Origin: Candidatus Woykebacteria bacterium
Lineage (GTDB): Bacteria > Patescibacteriota > Microgenomatia > Woykebacterales > RBG-16-39-9b
Direction of reading: 5' to 3'
DNA: 64,000 nucleotides
Assembly: GCA_040876265.1 (NCBI GenBank)
Contig: JBBDPN010000002.1
Coordinates: 3,954-67,953 of the forward strand
The notes under the pieces were generated by a model, which was given only the letters and a program-made list of their open reading frames with translations, was not told the DNA's origin and did not search any database. This document shows, one piece after another, positions 9,795 through 19,199 of this stretch. How positions within the stretch are numbered: position 1 is the stretch's first letter; the number at the start of each line of letters is the position of its first letter. The translations under genes were made by a program, and so were the position numbers.

Positions 9795-10478
9795 ATGAGC
9801 TATAAAAACTTATTATTGCTGCTGCTAATAGGCCTCCCTATTCTTTTTCCTCCCATCGTCTCAGCTCAAGATGTTGATGTTGGTGCTACGGTGGACAGAG
9901 AACCTCCCACCATCAATATCACCTCCCCTCTGGATGGCTCCACTGTTTCCGAAATTGTAAATGTAACCACGAGTGTGGGCGACGATGCTGGGATTGATAA
10001 AGTAGAGTTTTATGTTGACGGGTTTTTGAAACTGACGGACAGCTCTGCCCCTTACTCTTTTTCTTGGGATAGTGGTACGGTTGGCAACGGCAGCCACATC
10101 ATCCGGGCGCGGGTTTACGATATTGTGGGCAAAACTGCCCAAGATTCCATTACAGTTACTGTTAACAACAGTACAACACCTGCTTCTCCGCCACCTGCGA
10201 TCGAAACTCCGACTGACGATGGCGGAGAAACTCCAGAAGTCCCAGCCACACAACTACGAAGAGTCACGCTGATCCAAGATCCACTTGGTTACCTGGAGCA
10301 AGAAACCGAGAAGGGGCTACTTTTTGGCCTGGACAAAGACGCCCTACTAGGATTTATTGTCGCAATACAACTTGCCATCATCCTACTTCTCCTTTACCTA
10401 CTTAAACACCTCCGTTCTCGACGCAGTAAGGCCAGAGGATCCTCCTCATCAGAGCCAAACTCTTCACTCAACAAATAG
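9795..10478 (+). CDS. Surface protein: signal peptide, bacterial Ig-like domain, Pro-rich linker, C-terminal TM anchor with basic tail
   Basis: Starts 6 nt after the previous stop. Ig-like block INITSPLDGSTVSEIVNVT...VEFYVDG. C-terminus IVAIQLAIILLLLYLL followed by KHLRSRRSKAR. Confidence 0.5.
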   Translation: MSYKNLLLLLLIGLPILFPPIVSAQDVDVGATVDREPPTINITSPLDGSTVSEIVNVTTSVGDDAGIDKVEFYVDGFLKLTDSSAPYSFSWDSGTVGNGSHIIRARVYDIVGKTAQDSITVTVNNSTTPASPPPAIETPTDDGGETPEVPATQLRRVTLIQDPLGYLEQETEKGLLFGLDKDALLGFIVAIQLAIILLLLYLLKHLRSRRSKARGSSSSEPNSSLNK

Positions 10479-10848
10479 TGAAATCGCAACTCAACCTTTT
10501 CTCTTAGCCGCCTTACGAGCAGCACCTCAACTTACCGGCCTTGGAATAGTCAGCGTCAAAAATTGAGGTTTTCGAGCCGACTTAAAAAGGAATTTTTCAC
10601 GTCCGATCCGCCAACTGGCGGAGAGTTTGAAAAATTAGGTGAGAAAACCGATATTTTAGCTGGAGGTTCCCGGCCGGCAGTTTTGGCTCCACCTTTGCTG
10701 TCAAAGGTGGAAAAAGAAATCTTTCCACGAATTTGACAAGCAAGCAGACTACAGGTTAAAATTAAGGGTATAAATAGGTATAATTATACCCTGCTAAGGG
10801 TACAATACGCAGGGTGTAATCCTGCGGATTATACCTTAGGACCTACCC

Positions 10849-11260
10849 ATGGAGCTGCCCAACTCTAGCTTCTCTGTAAGCGAGATCATCTCGCAGTACA
10901 GAGAGTACTTAAAATCTCATAACTACTCTACCCCCACGGTCAAAAACTATTTATCTGACCTGCGTCATCTTTTTGTTTGGCTCTCAGAACATCACGGTGA
11001 ATTTCGCTTCTTTCATATAAACGAAGCAAGTCTGCGCACTTACCGTTCTTACCTAAAAGAAAAATTTCGTGCCAGACCCTCCATCGGCGCGCGACGTCTC
11101 TCTTCCCTGCGCAAATTCCTCACTTGGGCAGCTGGGAAAAACTTCATTACACCACAGCTTTACCAGTCAGTAACGCCGGTACTTGAGGCTCTCGAGCGCG
11201 AGCCAGCTACCCCAATTACTCTGGTCCCAGGCAGCGGCATTGCTGGGCAAGCCAAAAAGG
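10849..11260 (+). pseudogene. Tyrosine recombinase/integrase N-terminal SAM-like (core-binding) domain only; catalytic domain absent
   Basis: The first ~110 aa align with the XerC/XerD N-terminal domain (TVKNYLSDLRHLFVWL ... RRLSSLRKFLTWA). After the C9 tract at 11263 the frame reads low-complexity junk to a stop at 11454. Confidence 0.5.
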
Positions 11261-11377
11261 AACCCCCCCCCTGTCCCGGACAAAATACATCAAAAAATAA
11301 TACACCATATCAAACACACTCGACCAGGCTGGTACCATCGCTACCACCAGCGGGATTGGGCCAGCACTTTGCACACC

Positions 11378-14119
11378 GTGATAATGATCCTCTTTGTGAT
11401 CGCCGTTGGATCTTTGATCCTCTACACCGAAGTGATCAAACCGCAGCTGGATAGTACTCGAGATCAATTTGCCGAAGATCTGGGCGACGTGCTAGCCGCC
11501 GCTTCCCCACCGCGGATACTTTCTTTTCAAGGTAGGCTGACAGACAGCTCTGGAGATCCGGTCACCAGTGCTACCGACGTGGTTTTCAAAATCTATGACG
11601 CGCGAACTGGCGGTACTCTGCTTTGGACATCAAAAACTTGGTCCGTAACTCCGGATTCCAATGGCATTTTCTCGGTTTGTCTTGGCGGCCAAGACACTAC
11701 TGATGACTGTCTGCTCAATGGTGTCGCTGACACCGCTATCCCCTCTACTCTATTTTCCGAAAACGCAGCTTTGTATCTTGGTGTCACCGCCGGAAGCGAC
11801 AGTGAAATGACGCCTCGCCAAAGAATCGCTTCTGTTTCTTACGCCTTAAATTCAGATACTTTGGACGGCTTCCACGGCTCCCAGTCCCCTGGTGCGAACC
11901 AAGTACCGGTGCTTGACGGCAGTGGGAACCTGGCCTTCGCCGGAGCCGCGACCATAAGTACTGGTAGTTCTGGCGCCTTAACCTTGGACTCTGCTTCTGG
12001 AACAGTTGGTCTCGGGTCTGGTGATTTGTTTTTAACAACCGGTCAGACTTCTACTTTTACTTCCAGTACCTCACTTATCACCGCGGACAATGTCTTTGTG
12101 ATTGGTGCCTCAACTGGTACTTTTGTTCAGATGGACGCTCAATCACTTCCCATCCACACGGGTGATATAACAGGTGCGGGCAAATTAATCGGCGTGCGAT
12201 CTTTGTTTGATGATATTGCTGGCAACACCAGCAGAAGGACCCTTGCATCAGTACGTAATTTTGAATCTAGTCTTACCACTATCAGCTATGCCCAGGCGGG
12301 AATCACCATAACTAACTATGCGGGTCTTTGGATAATTGACCCGGAAATGGATGGAGGTGCAAACGACACTATAATCACCAATCCTTACGGTATCTATATT
12401 GAAGATTTCAGCACTAGCGAGGGTGGAACATTTACCAACACGCCCCGCGCAATTTATCAAGCTGGTACAGATGATTACAATATCCTCGCTGGCCAGACCC
12501 GAATCGGTGGCACCAGCGACCCAGCCTCTGGCATCGAGTTGGATGTGACTGGTGACGCAAACGTATCCGGCAGTTATTACCAAGGTGGCACCCAAGGTAT
12601 TACTGCCAATTGCGGTGCCAGCGAATTCCTCCAAGACCCAACTGTCTCCGGCGGTATTGTGACTGCAGGAACCTGTGCCTCAGCTGGAGGTAGTGGCGAG
12701 AGTTTCTTTTCGTTTCTCACCAGCACCAAGACCGGCGCTGGTTATCAGTTTTCGGCGACCGGCCAGGTAAATTCAAACTCGACCGATTTTACGCCAAATA
12801 ACACCGATGGCTCGGTCCAGGCAAATTTTGCCGGCTATGTCTTTGTCACCGCCACCGTCAATTTCGAGTCATATGATGACTCCACCACAGTCACCGCAGT
12901 TGAGGTAAATGGATCCGTGGTAGCTCAAGACAGACTAAGTTACAGCAACGACGAAACAGACATAATTAATTACATCAGCCAGACTGTCACCTGGGCTGGG
13001 GCAGTGGCCGATGGCGATGATATCAGCGTGGATATTCCGACCTTGTCTGGTGCGACCGTCAACAATGATGGAACGGCGGGCGAACAAGCCGGTACACTAG
13101 TAGTCCAGAAGATAAGAACCGGGGCCGATGTAGCCGAGATGTATCCAACGGCTGATCCTACACTTAATGCAGGAGATGTGGTTAGTATAGACCCCTCTCT
13201 TCGCGGCGGAGTAAAAAAATCGGATAAACAATACGATTCACAAGTACTTGGGGTTGTCTCAACTCTTCCCAGTCTAGTGATCGGATCTCCGATTGGGACA
13301 GGTAGTGGGCCTCATCACACGGCAGTTGCTTTGACCGGTCGAGTCCCAGTGAAAGTTTCGGGTGAGAATGGGCCGATTGAGCCCGGAGACTTGCTCACTT
13401 CTTCGTCCACACCAGGTGTGGGAATGAAAGCAACCCGTGCAGGGTACGTAATCGGTCGGGCTCTCACCAGCCTCAGCTGTCCGGGCGTTAACACCTCGGA
13501 GGTGGATAGAACGGTCTCGCCAGATGGTGGCAACCCCTGCCAAGGCACGGTCGTAGTTTTCGTAGGTACCCACTACGCCAACCCCGCTCAACTGGATGAG
13601 TCTGGAGATCTATCCTCAACCTTCGATTGGGATCTGGAAAATGAAGAGAACTTGAAAGCGCTGGCGAAATTGCGAGTGGACAAAGATAACAATATAGTTA
13701 CTTCTATATCAGATGGTAGCAGGTTTATCTGGGAAAACTCTCTCGGTGAGGCAGTCGCTTGGGTAAACAGCGCTGGCGAAGCTTTTTTCCAGAAAGTAAC
13801 CGCCACTGTGGCTGATTTTGGCAAGCTGGTCTTCGGTGAGGCCGTGGTGAAAAAAGAAGCCAAAACGGCCGGGGAAGCCTCCTTCCAGACCAACGAAACC
13901 GAAGTACTGATCAGATCAGACAAAGTGACAGAAGATTCCTTGATAAATCTAACCCCAACTACCAAAACTGGTGGCGTCTCACTCTATGTCAAAGAGAAAA
14001 AGCCTGGTGAAGGCTTCGTAGTAGCTTTAGAGAGGAACTCCGGCGATCTCCCCGACCAAGCTACCGCTTCGGCAACGCAAGCAATCAAATTTACCTGGTT
14101 CATCCTCAACCAAGAATAA
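11378..14119 (+). CDS. Large (~910 aa) membrane-anchored, Gly/Thr/Ser-rich beta-helix-like surface protein with conserved C-terminal domain ending in FTWFIL
   Basis: Long ORF open from 11183. The likely start is GTG 11378 or ATG 11384, just before TM helix MILFVIAVGSLILY. The C-terminal 250 aa are paralogous to the 1..910 gene. Confidence 0.6.
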   Translation: MIMILFVIAVGSLILYTEVIKPQLDSTRDQFAEDLGDVLAAASPPRILSFQGRLTDSSGDPVTSATDVVFKIYDARTGGTLLWTSKTWSVTPDSNGIFSVCLGGQDTTDDCLLNGVADTAIPSTLFSENAALYLGVTAGSDSEMTPRQRIASVSYALNSDTLDGFHGSQSPGANQVPVLDGSGNLAFAGAATISTGSSGALTLDSASGTVGLGSGDLFLTTGQTSTFTSSTSLITADNVFVIGASTGTFVQMDAQSLPIHTGDITGAGKLIGVRSLFDDIAGNTSRRTLASVRNFESSLTTISYAQAGITITNYAGLWIIDPEMDGGANDTIITNPYGIYIEDFSTSEGGTFTNTPRAIYQAGTDDYNILAGQTRIGGTSDPASGIELDVTGDANVSGSYYQGGTQGITANCGASEFLQDPTVSGGIVTAGTCASAGGSGESFFSFLTSTKTGAGYQFSATGQVNSNSTDFTPNNTDGSVQANFAGYVFVTATVNFESYDDSTTVTAVEVNGSVVAQDRLSYSNDETDIINYISQTVTWAGAVADGDDISVDIPTLSGATVNNDGTAGEQAGTLVVQKIRTGADVAEMYPTADPTLNAGDVVSIDPSLRGGVKKSDKQYDSQVLGVVSTLPSLVIGSPIGTGSGPHHTAVALTGRVPVKVSGENGPIEPGDLLTSSSTPGVGMKATRAGYVIGRALTSLSCPGVNTSEVDRTVSPDGGNPCQGTVVVFVGTHYANPAQLDESGDLSSTFDWDLENEENLKALAKLRVDKDNNIVTSISDGSRFIWENSLGEAVAWVNSAGEAFFQKVTATVADFGKLVFGEAVVKKEAKTAGEASFQTNETEVLIRSDKVTEDSLINLTPTTKTGGVSLYVKEKKPGEGFVVALERNSGDLPDQATASATQAIKFTWFILNQE

Positions 14120-14126
14120 CAAACCT

Positions 14127-14146
14127 ACACACCAGGGGTGTCAATA
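14127..14146. repeat. REP2 palindromic element ACACACCAGGGGTGTCAATA, 3' of RAYT gene 2
   Basis: Contains hairpin ACACC-AGG-GGTGT. An identical copy lies at 14818-14837 on the other side of the RAYT gene. Confidence 0.75.
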
Positions 14147-14150
14147 TAGA

Positions 14151-14801
14151 TTAATCAAGGGTTTGATGTTTGGCAAGCTCCAAGGTTCTACCATAATCTG
14201 CTTGGTCCAAGACGAAAGATCTGTATTTATTTTTAGAAGCTCCTGGAAATAAATCCAGGGTCAATTCGGTATTCACTACACCCAAAGAATTTTTTCCTAT
14301 ATACTCCAGATACGACGACCACTCGTAGGTTGACAAATCATTAGTAAGTCCCCCTACAAGTGGGTTCAAATGAATATATCTCGAAACGTGAAGCAGTAGC
14401 TCGTCAGATTCGATTTTCACTGCTTTAAACGGCCCTTGGAACAGGTGCCCGACTCTCTTGTGTTTTGTGTTGAAATATTTTGTATAACTATTTGACAACC
14501 TGCCAATAAAAGTAGATATTCCATTTTCGGTGTTTTGCCGAAGGAGCATGTGAAAATGGTTTGGCATCAAGCAGTAAACGTAGATTTCAACCAGATTTTG
14601 AGCCGGTGTTTCGTGATCTTTTATCATTTTATGGGATTTAAAAGAAAATCTAGTTGGAACATTGGTTTTTAGATAATAAATCAAAGTATTATAAAAACGA
14701 CGATAGTCTCTTCTATCGTAAAAAATATTTCTTTTTTCTACACCCCTATTGAAAACGTGATAAATACCCCCATCTCCCAATGCTTCTTTACGATATGGCA
14801 T
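14151..14801 (-). CDS. REP-associated tyrosine transposase (RAYT) copy 2
   Basis: IYHVFNRG, YCLMPNHFHMLL (HUH), RVGHLFQGPF and YIHLNP blocks. Paralog of 1292..1981 at about 50% identity by eye. Confidence 0.75.
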   Translation of the reverse strand: MPYRKEALGDGGIYHVFNRGVEKRNIFYDRRDYRRFYNTLIYYLKTNVPTRFSFKSHKMIKDHETPAQNLVEIYVYCLMPNHFHMLLRQNTENGISTFIGRLSNSYTKYFNTKHKRVGHLFQGPFKAVKIESDELLLHVSRYIHLNPLVGGLTNDLSTYEWSSYLEYIGKNSLGVVNTELTLDLFPGASKNKYRSFVLDQADYGRTLELAKHQTLD

Positions 14802-14817
14802 ACCTATAATTTAAACT

Positions 14818-14837
14818 CACACACCAGGGGTGTCAAT
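14818..14837. repeat. REP2 palindromic element, 5' of RAYT gene 2
   Basis: CACACACCAGGGGTGTCAATA, a direct repeat of 14127-14146. Confidence 0.75.
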
Positions 14838-14904
14838 ACAACATTTTGATCAGACTCAAAACAAGGATGGTCTCCAAAAAGATAACTCTGGGGAAAACTA
14901 GCCC

Positions 14905-16122
14905 TTAAGGCAAGACTGAAAGAGGATTTACGTTGCGGTTACCACGTCTTACCTCCAAATGTAGGTGTGGTCCAGTACAAAAGCCAGTACAACCCACATT
15001 TCCTATTTGTTGCCCCTTTACAACTGCTTGTCCTGCCTTAGCTTTTATTGAAGATAAATGGGCGTAGAGAGTTGTGTAACCATTAGGGTGTGCAATCACC
15101 AAATCATTGCCAAAACCCAAATTACTCCACCCCGCCTCCACTACTGTTCCAGCCATAGCCGCACTCACCACAGCTCCATAAGGAGCACCAATATCAATTG
15201 CCGGGTGCCACCAAGAAGGTGCTTGGTTAAGTGTACCTTTTACAGGCCAGGCGAAAAGACCACTACCACCAGCGTAGTAAATTGGGTAATTCCTTGGTCC
15301 GCTCGGTGCTGTAGGAAGAGGTGTGGGTGGAGGCATCTTGCCTCCAGGTACTATCAAAGACTCGCCAACTCGCAGCTTCAAGGTGTCGTCAATATAATTA
15401 AATGGGTAGTTGGCAATAGTCTGCGCGTTAGCCTTGTACTTTTTTGCGACCGAGTAAATAGTATCGCTCTTTTTTACTTTGTGTATTACACCAGTAACCG
15501 GAGGGACCGCCAAGGTATCCCCTGGCTTTACGGTGTCAACATCGTCCAAATTGTTTGCCCATTTTATAGAATCAACACTAATACTGTAGGCAGAGGCTAC
15601 TTTTGATAAGGTGTCGCCTTTTTCTACCTTATATTTTACTATTTCGGATCGTGGCCGATCGCTTGGGATGAGAGTCACCGGGGTATTTTCTGCGGAAAGT
15701 ACCTGATCTCGTGAAAAATCTTCCGCCGCTACACCGGCTCTAAACAAACTTCCAACCACCAAAGCCACCGAAGCCAAAACTAGTAACCCAACGTGCGTAC
15801 TAGGACGAAAAAGAAGACCTCGCCTCCACATCAACACACTCACAAGAGCATCTTTTATCTGCTCCAGAAAATAAACAAAGGCGACGGCTCGCCTCTGGGT
15901 AAACATAATGTAGTGTAGGGAAAAAGTAAGATAATCCCAGGAAATTTTTAGGCTTGAGACTGAAACAAGCTTCAGCAGCGTCCAAATGAATTTGGCTACC
16001 CCAAGTGGCCACGAAAACCAATTAGGACGCGTGTAAAAATTATCCTGAACAAAATCTAATTCGTATGGATAAGTTGTAGTTGGGTAAGATAAACTACCTT
16101 CCGGATCTTGTTGATTTGTCAT
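14905..16122 (-). CDS. Membrane-anchored peptidoglycan hydrolase: 2 LysM domains + M23 metallopeptidase
   Basis: Two LysM repeats (GDTLSKVASAYSISVDSIKWAN; SDTIYSVAKKYKANAQTIANY). C-terminal M23 signature HPAIDIGAP...GYTTLYAHLS...GPHLHLEV. Confidence 0.85.
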   Translation of the reverse strand: MTNQQDPEGSLSYPTTTYPYELDFVQDNFYTRPNWFSWPLGVAKFIWTLLKLVSVSSLKISWDYLTFSLHYIMFTQRRAVAFVYFLEQIKDALVSVLMWRRGLLFRPSTHVGLLVLASVALVVGSLFRAGVAAEDFSRDQVLSAENTPVTLIPSDRPRSEIVKYKVEKGDTLSKVASAYSISVDSIKWANNLDDVDTVKPGDTLAVPPVTGVIHKVKKSDTIYSVAKKYKANAQTIANYPFNYIDDTLKLRVGESLIVPGGKMPPPTPLPTAPSGPRNYPIYYAGGSGLFAWPVKGTLNQAPSWWHPAIDIGAPYGAVVSAAMAGTVVEAGWSNLGFGNDLVIAHPNGYTTLYAHLSSIKAKAGQAVVKGQQIGNVGCTGFCTGPHLHLEVRRGNRNVNPLSVLP

Positions 16123-16287
16123 TTGGCATATTCCCGTCCTGAGCGGAAATGCTTACGTTTTGCAACCACTTCCCGCTCTTCTGGGAGCCCTCCTTAACCT
16201 CGTCTAAACGGGGTCAGCCTGCCTGGCAAAGGAGTCTATAAAAACTATAAAAGCTTAAGTGAACCTCCACTTAAGCTCGACCCCAAA

Positions 16288-16321
16288 ATTATATCACCAC
16301 CGTTGCTAGAGTGTCAAAACC
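16288..16321 (-). promoter_or_regulatory. Consensus sigma70-type promoter (TTGACA-18nt-TATAAT) ~160 nt upstream of the LysM/M23 gene
   Basis: Minus-strand sequence TTGACActctagcaacggtggtgaTATAAT read directly. Followed by a ~160-nt leader containing a 9-bp stem hairpin GCTTAAGTG/CACTTAAGC. Confidence 0.5.
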
Positions 16322-16383
16322 AGGGTACCAAAATTTAGTTGATAGTTAAAGGAAAAAGGGTCGTAAAAAACTTACAAGAGGAA

Positions 16384-17646
16384 TTAACCCACTTCTTTGT
16401 GTAAACTATCCAAAAATTCCTCATTAGTGGCTGTTTTGGATAGTCTTTCCATGAAAAGCTCGGTGCGCTCCATCTCGTTTAGAGTCTCTAGCATCCTTCG
16501 TAATCTCCAAATTTTCTGAAGCGATTTGTCCGCAATTAACAGCTCTTCGTTCCTAGTCCCACTCTTGGATACATCAATAGATGGGAATATTCGTCTCTCC
16601 GACAAACCTCTATCAAGATGAAGTTCCATGTTTCCAGTTCCTTTAAACTCTTCGTAAATCAGATCGTCCATGCGACTGCCTGTTTCGACCAATGCAGTCG
16701 CGATAATAGTCAGCGAGCCGCCATTTTCCAGGTTTCTAGCCGCTCCGAAAAACTTTTTCGGTGGGAAGAGGGCGACCGGGTCAAAACCACCCGAAAGGGT
16801 CCGTCCCGACGGAGGCAGAGCCAGATTGTAGGCGCGGCCCAGACGGGTCATAGAATCAAGAATAATAAATACGTCTCTTCCAGTTTCCACCAAACGCTTT
16901 GCGCGCTCCAGGGAAAGTTCGGCAACTCTAGTTTGGTGTTCTGGCGGATCATCAAAGTTTGAAGACATTACTTCACCTTTTATACTTCGGCTAATATCGG
17001 TAACTTCCTCCGGTCGCTCACCTATAAGTACTGCCATCAGATGAGTTTTTGGGGAATTGGTGGCCACACCGTTGGCAATATCTTTCAAAATTGTCGTTTT
17101 TCCCGCTTTTGGAGGGGAAACTATCATACCTCTTTGACCAAATCCGATCGGTGCAAGAACATCTATAACCCGGGTTGATAGAGGTGTTTTGCCGGTTTCG
17201 AGTTTGACTTGTTTGTCTGGATAAACAGGGGTTAGACTTTCAAATCGAGGCCTTCGAGAGGTTTTTTCCACATCTACGCCATTGAGTTTCAATACTTTGA
17301 GCATTCCGTAGTAGCGCTCGGTGTCTTTTGGTGGTCGCACCTCTCCTTCAACCTCGTCACCAGGGCGAATATCAAAACGTCTTATTTGTGACTGGGAAAT
17401 GTAAATATCCCCCGGACCGGGTGTAAGGCCGTTTGCCCTCAGGAAACCATAACCTTCGCTCATGAGTTCGAGCACGCCCTTTTTTACCTCGGAAGAAGTC
17501 GGTTCGGAGTAACTAGGCCGTTCGGATACTTCGGGGGTAACCAAACCAATTTCCCCAGTACCTTTTTCTAAATCTGCGGTTTGGGTTTGCTTAGTATCCT
17601 CGGAAACGGTTTTTGCAGTTTCTTTGTTTGTTTTTACTTTTGGCAT
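16384..17646 (-). CDS. rho: Transcription termination factor Rho
   Basis: RNA-binding OB region (GVLELMSEGYGFLR), Walker A PPKAGKT, the ERPEEV block and LDSMTRLGRAYN. Confidence 0.9.
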   Translation of the reverse strand: MPKVKTNKETAKTVSEDTKQTQTADLEKGTGEIGLVTPEVSERPSYSEPTSSEVKKGVLELMSEGYGFLRANGLTPGPGDIYISQSQIRRFDIRPGDEVEGEVRPPKDTERYYGMLKVLKLNGVDVEKTSRRPRFESLTPVYPDKQVKLETGKTPLSTRVIDVLAPIGFGQRGMIVSPPKAGKTTILKDIANGVATNSPKTHLMAVLIGERPEEVTDISRSIKGEVMSSNFDDPPEHQTRVAELSLERAKRLVETGRDVFIILDSMTRLGRAYNLALPPSGRTLSGGFDPVALFPPKKFFGAARNLENGGSLTIIATALVETGSRMDDLIYEEFKGTGNMELHLDRGLSERRIFPSIDVSKSGTRNEELLIADKSLQKIWRLRRMLETLNEMERTELFMERLSKTATNEEFLDSLHKEVG

Positions 17647-17874
17647 GATGATTAAAAAATGAGTTTAATTTGGGACTTAATAATATTTAATTAGTCTCTT
17701 TCTAATTTGGGAAACATGGATGTTCCGTAGAGAAGTCAAACTTCCGGTAGGAATATCAGCCTAAGTTTTAGCACACAAAATTGTCTTTGTCAATAAGCTC
17801 AAACTTAGTCTAGGACACGCGGGGAAGCAATTTGCCGCCAGCGCAAGACGCTTCGGCGTCTTCTTTTTGAAGCT

Positions 17875-19047
17875 TTAGGCCTTTCTTCGAAACTTCTTTA
17901 GAGCCAAACCAGCTGGCACGCTACCAAAAAGTAGCAGCATAGCTAGTCCCGGACCAGTATCCGGCAGTACGCTCACTGGAACTTCTTTTTCCTCAAGTAC
18001 TTCTGGCTTGATCACTTTAACTTTGAAGGTAACAAATCTTTCAAATTCAAAGCAACCTTTGATAGTTTTTAGGGAAACTCCACTAGAAAACAGTTTGCTT
18101 TGACCGTTTACATCAGCTACCAGCTGCCCTTCGCTTTTATCAGCGTGGACAAAAGTTCTAGTAGTACCAGGGATGTATTCAAGTCTAGCAAAGTATGGAG
18201 TCGTCACTGTCGCAGTATCAGAGATCGTGTCAAAATTGTCTCCCGAAACAAGAGCTTTGTTGACAAATTTTTCTGCTTCTGCAGTAGGAAGAACGTCTTT
18301 CACTACTACGTCTTTGGCTTCGCTACCAACCACGCTGTTGTGCACCCAAATTCTGTATTCCAGTATGTCACCATCACTAGTAGTTACACTATCATTTACG
18401 AAACCGCTGTTGGTGGTGATGTTTCTCACTTCTTTCTTCATCTCCATATTTGGATCTGGCTTTGGAGTCTGAACGCTCTCATTTACAATATCAGCGTAAA
18501 ATACGTACCAATGTTTGTACTGCACATCGCCACCACGGATCTTGTTAATCTTCAGACCTTGTGGTGTGATAAGCGGAGAGAGTCCGTTTACATCTGGAAT
18601 TGCGGTGCCAACGCTATCGTTGTAACCGTAAACCCGGGTGCTACCGATACGATAGATAAGTTTCTTACCAGAAGGCAATTTAATATTTGCATCAGAAAAC
18701 GAAAGTGGTGTGTGGCTAGTCTTTAGTAAAGCCCTATTTTTTACGTTGCCTGTTTGATCAAAAGGAAACTCATCTCTCAAAAGACCATCTGTGTAGGTGG
18801 TATTTGTCGGATTGTAAACGTAAATACGAAATATTACAGGCTTACCAGTATCAGTAATATTAAGATCCTGAGTAAAGGACCCGCTGCCCTCTTGTTTAGC
18901 TTGTTTTATGAAATCAATCTGGTTGGTGGCGTCAGCGTTGCTGAGAAAAGGAACGGTGACAGAGCCGAGCAAAAACGCTAGACCAAAAGTAAATATTGAA
19001 AGTGATTTTAGAACTGTTCTGTTTTTCATTACTGCGTATAATAACAT
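17875..19047 (-). CDS. LPXTG-type cell-wall-anchored surface protein
   Basis: N-terminal signal peptide. C-terminal LPDTG, then a hydrophobic segment, then KKFRRKA: a sortase sorting signal. Confidence 0.6.
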   Translation of the reverse strand: MLLYAVMKNRTVLKSLSIFTFGLAFLLGSVTVPFLSNADATNQIDFIKQAKQEGSGSFTQDLNITDTGKPVIFRIYVYNPTNTTYTDGLLRDEFPFDQTGNVKNRALLKTSHTPLSFSDANIKLPSGKKLIYRIGSTRVYGYNDSVGTAIPDVNGLSPLITPQGLKINKIRGGDVQYKHWYVFYADIVNESVQTPKPDPNMEMKKEVRNITTNSGFVNDSVTTSDGDILEYRIWVHNSVVGSEAKDVVVKDVLPTAEAEKFVNKALVSGDNFDTISDTATVTTPYFARLEYIPGTTRTFVHADKSEGQLVADVNGQSKLFSSGVSLKTIKGCFEFERFVTFKVKVIKPEVLEEKEVPVSVLPDTGPGLAMLLLFGSVPAGLALKKFRRKA

Positions 19048-19199
19048 AGACTATAGGGCTTGTCAATACCCTAATTACTCTATCCCTTTCCGCAAGCTGC
19101 AATATCAATTACAGTCTATGAAAAGGGAGGGAGTACACCAACACGCAGATGCGCGGATGTACTCCCTTATCTCCCTCTCCTTTATTTCTTCCTCTCTAT

